A stretch of DNA of 64,000 nucleotides from Hyphomicrobium sp. (GTDB taxonomy: Bacteria; Pseudomonadota; Alphaproteobacteria; Rhizobiales; Hyphomicrobiaceae), in contig PERT01000004.1 in the NCBI GenBank assembly GCA_002928955.1, positions 18,902-82,901 of the forward strand. Reading direction: 5' to 3'. The notes under the pieces were generated by a model. That model searched no databases and was not told the DNA's origin. It saw only the letters and a program-made list of their open reading frames with translations. Of the stretch, positions 1 to 8,602 are shown one piece after another (positions within the stretch are counted from its first letter, which is position 1; the number at the start of each line of letters is the position of its first letter). The position numbers and the translations under genes are program-made.

Positions 1-154
1 GTCCAAAACCGCACTCAGGCTCGAAGAGGACCTGTTGCGCGCCAAGCTTCGGGCCGATGCGGAACAGTTGTCGCTGCCTCCACCCGCCGCGACCGCGCCT
101 GCGACCGGACGTGCAGCGGCACCGCAGCCGGATGCGGCGGCGGCCAACAACTGA
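1..154 (+). CDS. 3' end of an unidentified CDS entering from the left edge (C-terminal fragment ...LEEDLLRAKLRADAEQLSLPPPAATAPATGRAAAPQPDAAAANN*)
   Basis: Frame 2 is open from the window edge to TGA at 152-154, with mostly G/C third positions. There is no start in the window and no recognisable domain. Confidence 0.3.
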   Translation, partial: SKTALRLEEDLLRAKLRADAEQLSLPPPAATAPATGRAAAPQPDAAAANN

Positions 155-249
155 TCACCCGGTGTCTCCGCGCGACTTGGTGATTTGCACATTTGTCGCG
201 TATTCCATCGTTTAACAACGAAGTCCGAATCAGCCGCGGGGACCTACCC

Positions 250-1203
250 ATGACCGAGAATACGTCCACGCCCGGTTCGCGTTTCGTAGATCTTTCATTC
301 ACGGCACGAGACGGGCTCCGCCTCCATGGCCGTCGCTACCCGGCAGCGGCGACGCCCTCCAAATCGCGACGAACCTTCCATCCACGGCGCCCCGTGGTTT
401 GCCTGCCCGGGCTGACCCGAAACGGCCGGGACTTTCACGAACTCGCCATGCACTTGTCCTCCGATGAGGCCGCTCCGCGCGACGTTTTCACGTTCGACTA
501 TCGCGGCCGCGGGTTGTCGGATTTCGATCCCGACTGGAAGAACTATGCCATTCCGATCGAAATGCTCGACGTCATGGACTTCCTCGTGTTCTGCGGCATC
601 CACGACGTGGGGATCATCGGCACATCGCGTGGCGGTCTCATCGCGATGATGATGGCGGCGGCCCAGCCCTCGACGATCGGTGCCTTGGTCCTGAACGACA
701 TCGGCCCGGTCATCGAAGCCCAGGGACTGCTCAAGATCGCCGGCTATGTCGGCCGTGCACCGTTACCCCCCACGTGGGCCGATGCCACAAAGCTGGTTCG
801 TGACCTGTTCCAGAATCAGTTCACCAGTTTGACTGATAGCGACTGGGAGCTGATCGCACGGCAGCTCTATAACGAAACCAATCACCGTCCCGCGCCGGGC
901 TACGACCCGAAGCTCGCACGATCGTTGCCTGTGCTGGATGGTCCCATTCCCGCGCTATGGCCGCAGTTTCAAGCGACAAAGCGGGTGCCATTGCTCGTCA
1001 TCAGGGGCGAGAACTCCGACCTCTTGTCGCCTCAGACCGTGGACGAAATGCGCCGCCGGCATCCCCGATGCTGGCACCTGAGCATTGCCGGCGAGGGCCA
1101 CGCGCCCTTTCTACGCGACGCCCGGAGCAAAGCCGCAATCGCGGAGTTTCTCGCGCTCGCGGATGCTGGTCATACCGGGGCCGGCAAACAGTCCGCTGCC
1201 TGA
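250..1203 (+). CDS. alpha/beta-fold hydrolase
   Basis: ORF 193..1203. It has a nucleophile-elbow motif G-x-S-x-G (IIGTSRGG), an upstream CLPGLTRNGRDF oxyanion-type segment and a C-terminal GEGHAPF His region. ATG at 250 (GGGGA about 12 nt upstream) is preferred over TTG at 193; the start is uncertain. Confidence 0.8.
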   Translation: MTENTSTPGSRFVDLSFTARDGLRLHGRRYPAAATPSKSRRTFHPRRPVVCLPGLTRNGRDFHELAMHLSSDEAAPRDVFTFDYRGRGLSDFDPDWKNYAIPIEMLDVMDFLVFCGIHDVGIIGTSRGGLIAMMMAAAQPSTIGALVLNDIGPVIEAQGLLKIAGYVGRAPLPPTWADATKLVRDLFQNQFTSLTDSDWELIARQLYNETNHRPAPGYDPKLARSLPVLDGPIPALWPQFQATKRVPLLVIRGENSDLLSPQTVDEMRRRHPRCWHLSIAGEGHAPFLRDARSKAAIAEFLALADAGHTGAGKQSAA

Positions 1204-1222
1204 ACGCAGCAACAGCAACGTT

Positions 1223-1300
1223 CCCGTCAGGCATCGTCGACTTTGTTCGGCGTGCCCGTCAGGCATCGTCGACTTTGTTCGGCGTGCCCGTCAGGCATCG
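1223..1300. repeat. 32-bp perfect tandem repeat, about 2.4 copies (unit cccgtcaggcatcgtcgactttgttcggcgtg)
   Basis: Direct reading: units at 1223-1254 and 1255-1286 are identical. A third partial unit at 1287-1300 supplies the last codons and the stop of the minus-strand 710-aa gene. Confidence 0.95.
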
Positions 1301-3423
1301 CCCTTATCGACACGCCGCGAAAATTCGGTCTGGCCGCCCGAAGCCAGAATGCGCGATTGCTCAACCCAGTTTTCGCGCTCGATCCGTCCCTTGAAGTCGA
1401 GGATCTGGCTGACCCGATCGATGTCCGCGCCAGTCCAGTTGGCGACCTGCTCGTACGAGCTGACGCCGAGCGAATTCAGCTTTTTCTCGATCAGCACGCC
1501 GATACCGCGAATGCGCTTCAGGTCGTCGATACCGGCGGCCACCGCAGGTTGATCACCGCGCAGCGCTTCCGACCGGACGCTGCGAAGGTTCGAGAGGCCC
1601 GCTCGTGGCGCAGCGCGATCGGCATCCACGGCCTTGGCGGCCGACTCACGCTCGCGAATGGCATCCACCAGCCGCGCCGGCCGGGTGGCATCGGTATCGC
1701 CCCGCACCTGGACGTCGTCGCGACGGGTGTAAGCAGCGCCGCTGCCGGCAAGCACGGCTGCCTGCTCGATCCAATTCTCGCGCGAGATGCGGCCGGGTGT
1801 GCCCAGCAACCGCGTGAACCGTTCGGTATCGGCCGCGGTCCAGGCGGCAATATGGGCGAACCGCGTCACGCCCTGCACGTTCAGCAGTTTCTCGACCTCG
1901 GCATTGACGCCGGCGATCCGTTGCAGGTCGTCACGCATGTCGACCGCTGCCGCTGGCGGTGCAGACCTGCGGCTCGATGCGGCGGCTGCGGCAGCGATCG
2001 CGGCGGCGGCCGCCGCGGCGGCTTGTGCGCCTGCCCGCGGCAACTCCATCATGACGGGCGCGGTTGGCGACGTCGCGGCAGCCGTGGCTGTCGGCGCTGA
2101 TACGGTCGATGCTTGCATTGTGTCCGGCGCCGATGGCTCCCGCGCCATCTGGCCGAACGGCAAAGATGTGAATGTCCCTGGCGTGGCGACAGCCGTGGCC
2201 GGCTTGGTCTCCAGCGGAGCAGCCTGCGCAACAGACGGCGCCGCCGCCGCTGGCGCTGCGTGACTGGCACTGGCGATGGCCGTCGGATCGACGCGCACGC
2301 CTTCGTTCAAGGTCGGTTTTGAGACGACGGGTCTGGCCTCGCCATGCTTGCGGGAGAAGTCGGTCTCTCCGCCCTTGGCCAGCACCTGCGCCTGCTCGAT
2401 CCAGTTTTCCTGCGTGACGCGCCCGCCGATCCCGAGCGCCGTGCCGAACCGATTGACGTCGGACGCTGTCCAACCAGCGATCTCTTCATAGCGCCGGACT
2501 CCGAACCCGTTGAGCCGGGACTGCATCATGGCGTCAATGGAGCGGATGCGCGTGAGATCCTGCGCCGACATGGCGGCGGGCGGCGCGGCGGGAATAGCGG
2601 CTGGCGCTGTCGTGCTGGATTGCATGACGGGCGCGTCCGTCATCGCGGCGCGAGGCGCAGGGGCGTCCGGAGACGCAACCGGCACCATGGTCACTTCGGC
2701 TGCGACAGACGACTGTCCGCTCGCCCCCGATGCCACTGGCATCACCGGCGCCGGACCGGAAGGTGTCGGCGACGGCCTCTGTGGGTCGACCCGCAGCTGG
2801 GTGGATGCCAATGCCGCGGCCGCTGCGGCGGCTGCGCCAATACCGGCCGCGCCGCTGAGCGGGGATGCCGGTTGCGGCTGCGGGGCCGCCGGTGCAACCG
2901 GCGCGGCGGGTGCCGCGACGACCGGCTTCGGTTCCACAGTCCCTGCAACGGCAGGTGCTGGTACTGGGGCAGCGGGCTTGATCGTGACCGGAGTTGCCAT
3001 GACGGGCACTGGCGCGGCCGGAACCGCCGGCAGCACCTTCGCGGCGGGCGTTGTTGGCATCACTTCAGGAATGGAAGTTGCCGGGGCGGACGGCGCGGCG
3101 ACTTCTCCGGCCTTCTCTTTCAGCGCGCGCTCGAACCGTTCGGCCTCAGGGCTCGGCGCGGTGGGCGCTGCGGCTGAACGGGCAACGGTCTCCATACGGG
3201 GACGGTCGGGCTCAGGTGCCGGCCGCGGCGGCGCAGCGGAGACCGGAGCAGCAGCGGGCTGGGCGCGCGGCTGAGCCATAGCCAGGTCGCGCGGCATCGG
3301 CGCGTCGGTGACGACCTCTGTCGCCGTATCGGTGAATGTCGACTTGATCAGACAGGCGACGAGTGCGCCGAGGAAGAACGCCGTCAACATCAGCAGAAAC
3401 GTCTGCAGCAGCAGCATACTCAT
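1291..3423 (-). CDS. membrane-anchored Pro/Ala-rich protein with three ~65-aa helix-hairpin-helix-like repeats (DDLxRIxGIG...W(T)xAD...GRIxRENWxEQ..LA.GG)
   Basis: 710-aa ORF with an N-terminal TM helix (LLLQTFLLMLTAFFLGALVACLI) and long PA-rich linkers. Three internal repeats lie at aa 288-352, 498-562 and 633-697 (nt about 2368-2562, 1738-1932, 1333-1527). From memory, the same module occurs as a C-terminal extension of some alphaproteobacterial NuoE proteins. Confidence 0.8.
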   Translation of the reverse strand: MSMLLLQTFLLMLTAFFLGALVACLIKSTFTDTATEVVTDAPMPRDLAMAQPRAQPAAAPVSAAPPRPAPEPDRPRMETVARSAAAPTAPSPEAERFERALKEKAGEVAAPSAPATSIPEVMPTTPAAKVLPAVPAAPVPVMATPVTIKPAAPVPAPAVAGTVEPKPVVAAPAAPVAPAAPQPQPASPLSGAAGIGAAAAAAAALASTQLRVDPQRPSPTPSGPAPVMPVASGASGQSSVAAEVTMVPVASPDAPAPRAAMTDAPVMQSSTTAPAAIPAAPPAAMSAQDLTRIRSIDAMMQSRLNGFGVRRYEEIAGWTASDVNRFGTALGIGGRVTQENWIEQAQVLAKGGETDFSRKHGEARPVVSKPTLNEGVRVDPTAIASASHAAPAAAAPSVAQAAPLETKPATAVATPGTFTSLPFGQMAREPSAPDTMQASTVSAPTATAAATSPTAPVMMELPRAGAQAAAAAAAAIAAAAAASSRRSAPPAAAVDMRDDLQRIAGVNAEVEKLLNVQGVTRFAHIAAWTAADTERFTRLLGTPGRISRENWIEQAAVLAGSGAAYTRRDDVQVRGDTDATRPARLVDAIRERESAAKAVDADRAAPRAGLSNLRSVRSEALRGDQPAVAAGIDDLKRIRGIGVLIEKKLNSLGVSSYEQVANWTGADIDRVSQILDFKGRIERENWVEQSRILASGGQTEFSRRVDKGDA

Positions 3424-3470
3424 CCGTCATACTCCTCAACGCCAGACGCCATCGAATACCCAGTTGCGGG

Positions 3471-3569
3471 TCAGTCCTCTGATGGGCGGCAGGCTATCCA
3501 TCCTACGGCAAGTCCGCCGACGAAGGCGGGGACGAGATACCAGAACAGCTTGACGAACAAATAGTCCAT
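3471..3569 (-). CDS. possible 32-aa single-pass membrane mini-protein (MDYLFVKLFWYLVPAFVGGLAVGWIACRPSED)
   Basis: Hand translation. ATG at 3569 is preceded by GAGGAG about 8 nt upstream, and the core is hydrophobic. It lies between the OmpA-like gene and the 710-aa gene on the same strand. It is below the length cutoff of the ORF track. Confidence 0.35.
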   Translation of the reverse strand: MDYLFVKLFWYLVPAFVGGLAVGWIACRPSED

Positions 3570-3657
3570 CGCGCGTTACTCCTCTTGTTGTGTTCCCGCG
3601 ATCCGAATTGCGGCGGAGGGCGGCAGTGTTCCGGGCGCCCGCATCGGCGCCCGTCGA

Positions 3658-5976
3658 TCAATTTGCCTTGACCTCGAATTCGATGCGACGGTTCTTGGCC
3701 CTGTTCTCCGCCGTGTCGTTGGGTGCGATGGGCCGCGCTGCGCCATAGCCGGCCGACGTCAAGCGGTCGGGCTGGACCCCTGCCTTCGCCAGATAATCGG
3801 CAACCGCCTTGGCTCGGCGATCGGACAATCTCTGATTCCGCTCGTCAGTGCCCTCGGCGTCGGTATGACCCTCGATGGATATCTTGAACTCCGGGCAATC
3901 GTTCGCCAATCGCGTGAGCTGATCGAGCGTCGGGAAGCTCTTGCGATCGATATCGGCCTTGGCGCGCTCGAACTGGATGATGCCCTCGGCCGCTGCGCTC
4001 CGGATCAACGTCTGGCAGCGCAGAGCGTCGGCCTTGCGCTTGGTGTCGACCGCCGTGTCTGCCGCCTGCTTCTGCCTCAGAGCCGCTGCATCGGCTTGAC
4101 GCTTGGCTTCGTCCGCCTTTCGTGCCGCTTCGGCGTCCAAGGCGATACGCTCCGCCTCCGCCTTCTTCTTTGCTTCTGCCTCGGCCCAAATGGCGGCATC
4201 GGTGCGAACCTCGATGGCATCACGCCCCGTGTAGCCTTTACCGACGTCGCGTGCGATCTGCTCTTTCAGGCTCGTGGCAACAGCGGCATCGGCGGCCTCG
4301 CCACGCACGAGCAAGTCCTGGCGGGACAGCACCGCTTCGCCACGGCGGAGCCGCGCGAGGGATTTGAGGCCGAGATCGGCCACTGCACCCCAGATCTGCG
4401 ACCTGGCGTTGGCGACCATCATGCGATCGGTGATCTTGGCGCCTGCAAAATACCGGGCGGCCGATGCCAAAAGGTCGGATCGCGTTGCCGCATCGGGGAC
4501 ATCTCCCTCGAGCAGCAGTTCGTTGTCGATACTGCGCGTGGCGCGCCATGTCAGATTGGGTTCCGGGGCGGCTCTCAGCGCCACCTTGACATCGGCCTCG
4601 CAAGCGCGGCTGGCCGCTGCCCGAACTTCGCCGGTCACGGCCTGAGCCAGTGCCTCGTCGTCGGCTTCACCGACAACCTCGGCACGACCGTCGGTCAAAT
4701 GGACAGCCCCCCCACCGAGCCGTCCGATTCCCGACACACCGGCCGCCAAGCACGTCTGCCAGCCAGCCGGTGCGCCTGTGGCGAGTTGCATCTTGTCGTT
4801 CACGGTCCGGCCCGGGAGCCGGGCCTTCACGGCCTCAAGTATCGCCGCCCGCGCGGCGTCGGTTGGAACCGAGCCGCTGAGTTCGACCGCCGAGCCCTTG
4901 GCGTCGATGCGGGTTACGAACGGGGACGCCACGGGGAGCGTCGGCCTCACAAACTTGATGTTGTCAGCAAGCTTGAATGCTTTGGGCGCGTCCTTCTTGA
5001 ACAGCGATCGAGCGAGTTCGGCCGTTGCCTCGTCCTCTGCCTTGCCCGACAGCGTGACCTCGCGCGCTGCAATCTCGATGGAACCTTCCTGGAGTTTGCC
5101 GAGGCCACCGAGCCCGGCAACCGCAATATTGGCCCAGCCTTCGGGAGCCCCATCCGCGATTTCCATACGATCGACAATCGCGATCCTCGGGAAACCCTTT
5201 TTGACCTGCGCGAAAATATCCTCGCGCAACTTTTCACTAGGCACATAGCCGGAAAGCACCAACTGGCTGGCCGCAAGCTTGGCGGACCATGTGTATGGCA
5301 CGACGACCGGCGCAGTCACCCGGTCGCTGACCAGTTTGACCCCTTGAGGCAGGTTTTGCAGGGATTTCTTGACGCCCTTGTAGGACGTGAAATCCCTCGC
5401 TTCGCCAGCGACCGAAAGCGACGCGCCGGTGAGTTCCACCACGCCGCGCTTCAGAGCTGCCAGCTGCTTCAAGCCATAGCCGATGCCGCCCAACCACGCG
5501 TCCTTTGGTGGCGCGCCGCGAGCGAGCTTCATACCGTCATCGATCTTGAAACTCGAGAGGTTCGCTCCGACCGCCGCAAGCACCTGCTTCCGCAACTCTT
5601 CATTGGGAACGTAGCCACCAAGCTTGACCACGCCATCGGCCAGCGCTGCTGACCAAACGTAGTTGTCGACCTTCTCGAGCAAATCGGCCCGGTTGTCGAT
5701 CAAGCGCACGCCCCAGACCCTGCGCGCGATTTCGGCTGCCTTCCCAGGCTCGCCCTCATCCAAGGCGCGCCCCGACAACTGCCCGTCACGACCATCGAAA
5801 CTCGATTTGGCCCAGGCTAGCCCCGAACCGGCAAGTGCGCTTTCGGCTCTCTGCCGAAGATCGGCTTCAATGCGCTCATGCTCGCCGAGAACGGACACCC
5901 AGGACCAGACAGCCACTGGGATCAAGCCCCACAGCCAGCGCGACGGATTGCACCTCATGTCGAGTACCGCTCCCAA
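3658..5976 (-). CDS. large OmpA/MotB-family peptidoglycan-associated protein with repeated BON-like modules and a coiled-coil
   Basis: The C-terminus matches the OmpA_C-like domain (ISIEGHTDAEGTDERNQRLSDRRAKAVADYL...NRRIEFEV). It has an N-terminal TM/signal-like segment, recurring '..LSG.VP....R' modules and a Lys/Ala/Glu-rich coiled segment. Confidence 0.85.
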   Translation of the reverse strand: MGAVLDMRCNPSRWLWGLIPVAVWSWVSVLGEHERIEADLRQRAESALAGSGLAWAKSSFDGRDGQLSGRALDEGEPGKAAEIARRVWGVRLIDNRADLLEKVDNYVWSAALADGVVKLGGYVPNEELRKQVLAAVGANLSSFKIDDGMKLARGAPPKDAWLGGIGYGLKQLAALKRGVVELTGASLSVAGEARDFTSYKGVKKSLQNLPQGVKLVSDRVTAPVVVPYTWSAKLAASQLVLSGYVPSEKLREDIFAQVKKGFPRIAIVDRMEIADGAPEGWANIAVAGLGGLGKLQEGSIEIAAREVTLSGKAEDEATAELARSLFKKDAPKAFKLADNIKFVRPTLPVASPFVTRIDAKGSAVELSGSVPTDAARAAILEAVKARLPGRTVNDKMQLATGAPAGWQTCLAAGVSGIGRLGGGAVHLTDGRAEVVGEADDEALAQAVTGEVRAAASRACEADVKVALRAAPEPNLTWRATRSIDNELLLEGDVPDAATRSDLLASAARYFAGAKITDRMMVANARSQIWGAVADLGLKSLARLRRGEAVLSRQDLLVRGEAADAAVATSLKEQIARDVGKGYTGRDAIEVRTDAAIWAEAEAKKKAEAERIALDAEAARKADEAKRQADAAALRQKQAADTAVDTKRKADALRCQTLIRSAAAEGIIQFERAKADIDRKSFPTLDQLTRLANDCPEFKISIEGHTDAEGTDERNQRLSDRRAKAVADYLAKAGVQPDRLTSAGYGAARPIAPNDTAENRAKNRRIEFEVKAN

Positions 5977-5987
5977 CTCATTTCAAT

Positions 5988-6017
5988 CACCTGCCGCTCG
6001 GCCACCTGCCGCTCGGC
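5988..6017. repeat. 15-bp perfect tandem duplication (cacctgccgctcggc x2)
   Basis: Direct reading: 5988-6002 and 6003-6017 are identical. It lies 12 bp upstream of the OmpA-like gene start (minus strand). Confidence 0.9.
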
Positions 6018-6417
6018 ATGACAAGTCAACGACCGAAAATCCGGCATCCCGTCGCCACGGCGCGATGCCGCGAGCATGCCTGCGCCGCTCGATAGTCATC
6101 GCGTGCGTTTGATCTCGAGCAGCCGCACCCCGGGCCACCACGAACCCCTGTCGTGCCGGAGTATAGTCAAGCCGGATCGGCTTTCCAAGTGAGACGACAG
6201 TCGTCAAATCCGTCACACTCGACCGACGATTGGCCTCTTTTTGCGCCAGTCTCGTGAATGCGCAATGACAAAGCGAAATTGGCGCCGGTGGTTGATCACG
6301 CCATCGCCACGCCAGAGCGATTTGCGTATCCGCCCCGTGTGGCGTCAGAACCTGATCACTTTACTCGTGACCAGGACGTCACAGCCTCAGATGAACAAGG
6401 ATCCTTCCGGTCTGCCA

Positions 6418-6594
6418 CCCGGGTTAGCGTCTCGTGTTCCGGCGCCGACATTTGATTCCCATTGCAACGCGCTCCAGATCAAATGCCGGCACCCAAGGAA
6501 CACGAGCAACTCTATGATTCTCGTGTAGCTTTTGCATCTGGCGTTTGGTTTCGAGTCCAGCCCAGAGTGGGGCCCAAACGTCCGATGCGCTACA
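6418..6594 (+). repeat. ~175-bp structured intergenic repeat, copy A (two long imperfect hairpins; RIME-like)
   Basis: About 85-90% identical by eye to the reverse complement of 54934-55113. Hairpin 1 pairs gtgttccggcgccgacatttgat with atcaaatgccggcacccaaggaacac. Hairpin 2 pairs tgtagcttttgcatctggcgtttgg with ccaaacgtccgatgcgctaca. Confidence 0.85.
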
Positions 6595-6998
6595 GAAGGC
6601 CCGCGGCAAGCGCGTGGCTACAGCCGGCGCGCGGCGGCACCGCAAGAGGGTCAGTCGTTGAATGCCGTATCAACGTGCAAATTTGCGCTGGCCGAGGTAT
6701 CGAATAACGACGTGAGGTGAGGTGCCGAAACCTGAACTCCAGGCCTCCCGACGGGAGGTGGCGTTGTTTACCAATTCCTGCGACGCAAATATGAAATGAC
6801 GAATTCACGCGGCATTTGGGACTTTCAACGCTGTCTGAGGCGCGACTTGATGACCTTCTTTGAAAATTCTGCTCTGTTTCAGCAATCTTCCCCTTCTCCC
6901 GACCGTAGATCCCACCAGAGAGCGTGCACGGCATCCGACGGCCTGTCGCGCCAGGGCAGATGAGACGTCCCATCTTTTGCAGCATGGGGAGCACGTAA

Positions 6999-8234
6999 AT
7001 GGCCACGGGAACTGATTATCGCGCAGCCGTTGTTGGAGGAGGTCCAGCAGGACTGGCGGCGGCATTGGCGCTGGCCCGGAGCGGAATTGAAACAGTTCTG
7101 GTCGCGCCCGCGCCGAAGCCGGACCACGCGGATAGCCGAACGGCCGCACTATTTGCGGGCTCGATTCATTTCCTGATGAACCTGGGAGTTTGGACGCGGA
7201 TCGAGGCGTCTAGCGCGCCCATAGTCGCCATCCGCATCCTGGATGATACCGGCCGCTTGTTCCGGGCCCCCGAGACCCGCTTCGAGGCCCGTGACGCTGG
7301 CCGCGAAAACTTTGGGTACAATGTGCCCAACCGCGGACTGGTCGACGCGCTGTGGCAGGAGGCCCAGGATGCTCCGGGCCTGACGCTGCGGCCCGACCGG
7401 CTGCTGGCTCGCCTCGATACAACTGGCGCGAAAGCATCGCTTACCCTTGACGACGGTTCCACGCTCCTGGCCGAGCTTGTGGTTGCCGCCGATGGCCGGA
7501 AATCCCTGTGCCGGGAAGCGTCGGCAATCGTCACGAAGGCCTGGTCCTACGATCAGAGCGCGGTCGCCTGCACATTCGATCACACGAGGCCGCACCAAGG
7601 AATTTCAACAGAGTTGCACCGGCGATCCGGGCCGCTGACGACCGTGCCGCTGCCTGGACGTGCATCCAGCCTCGTTTGGGTGGAGCGCCCGGCTGAAGCT
7701 CAAAGGCTCATGTCACTCGACGAGTCGGCGTTCCGCACGTTGCTTGAAGCCCGGCTGCAGGGGCTGCTGGGTTCGGTCGGGTCGATCGGAAGGCGGACCA
7801 TGTTCCCGCTGTCGGGCATGAGCGCCACCCGGTTCGGCGACCACCGGGTCGCACTCGTCGGCGAAGCCGGCCACGTCATCCCCCCGATTGGCGCACAGGG
7901 CTTGAACCTCGGGCTCCGCGATGCGGCCACCATCGCCGAATGCGCCGGGGATGCGGGCGTCCACGCCGACGTGGGTGGGCCGGCCGTCCTGGAGCGCTAC
8001 TCGGCGGCGCGGATGCTCGACGTGACGTCGCGCGTGTGGACCGTCGATGTTTTAAATCGTTCCCTGCTCTCGGGGCTTCTGCCCGTCCAGTTGGCGCGGG
8101 GCGCCGGGCTCTACGCTTTGCAAATGCTCGATCCGCTGCGCCGGAGGCTGGTGCGCGAAGGGCTCGAGCCGACCGGCGCGATACCGCGTCTCATGCGGCC
8201 GCCCGCCAACTTCGCCACCGCTTCGGCCGGGTGA
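6999..8234 (+). CDS. UbiH/UbiF/VisC/COQ6-family FAD-dependent monooxygenase (ubiquinone biosynthesis hydroxylase type)
   Basis: N-terminal GxGxxG (VVGGGPAGLAAALALA), the family motif GDHRVALVGEAGHVIPPIGAQGLNLGLRDA, and GGGAG upstream of the ATG. Confidence 0.85.
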   Translation: MATGTDYRAAVVGGGPAGLAAALALARSGIETVLVAPAPKPDHADSRTAALFAGSIHFLMNLGVWTRIEASSAPIVAIRILDDTGRLFRAPETRFEARDAGRENFGYNVPNRGLVDALWQEAQDAPGLTLRPDRLLARLDTTGAKASLTLDDGSTLLAELVVAADGRKSLCREASAIVTKAWSYDQSAVACTFDHTRPHQGISTELHRRSGPLTTVPLPGRASSLVWVERPAEAQRLMSLDESAFRTLLEARLQGLLGSVGSIGRRTMFPLSGMSATRFGDHRVALVGEAGHVIPPIGAQGLNLGLRDAATIAECAGDAGVHADVGGPAVLERYSAARMLDVTSRVWTVDVLNRSLLSGLLPVQLARGAGLYALQMLDPLRRRLVREGLEPTGAIPRLMRPPANFATASAG

Positions 8235-8602
8235 CAATCAGTGGCACGCCACTCTGAATGGCCGCAGAAAACCCAATAACCACGGTTTCAAAGGGTCCGC
8301 AACGACGTCCCTGGCCGTGCTGAAGGAAAACAATCGTGGTCGACCGCGCTCAGATCGGCCGGAGACGGCGAAACCGAAAGGGCGAAAAACCTTTTTCAGC
8401 GGCCTGCCAAACCTTGGCTCGAAAATGGGACCGTCTGGCGGCCGACACTTATGATAACCGTGCTGAAACGCTTGACGTGGACGCCGCCAGCTGGGCAAGT
8501 CCGGCGCTGCCATAGCCGACGCGTTCCGCAGCTCCGCGCGCCACGACACCTGCGCTGAGCCCCACTTTTTACGCTTGCCGCACACATCGACAGCCCACTC
8601 TG

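Noticed and set aside
3865-5652. 595-aa plus-strand ORF inside the OmpA-like gene
   Set aside because: It is antisense to a gene with an unmistakable OmpA_C domain. It has Arg-rich, shadow-frame composition.
5983-6216. 77-aa minus-strand ORF upstream of the OmpA-like gene
   Set aside because: Third-position GC is only about 55% by hand count. It contains the 15-bp tandem duplication and has no motif or ribosome-binding site. It is probably non-coding leader or promoter DNA.
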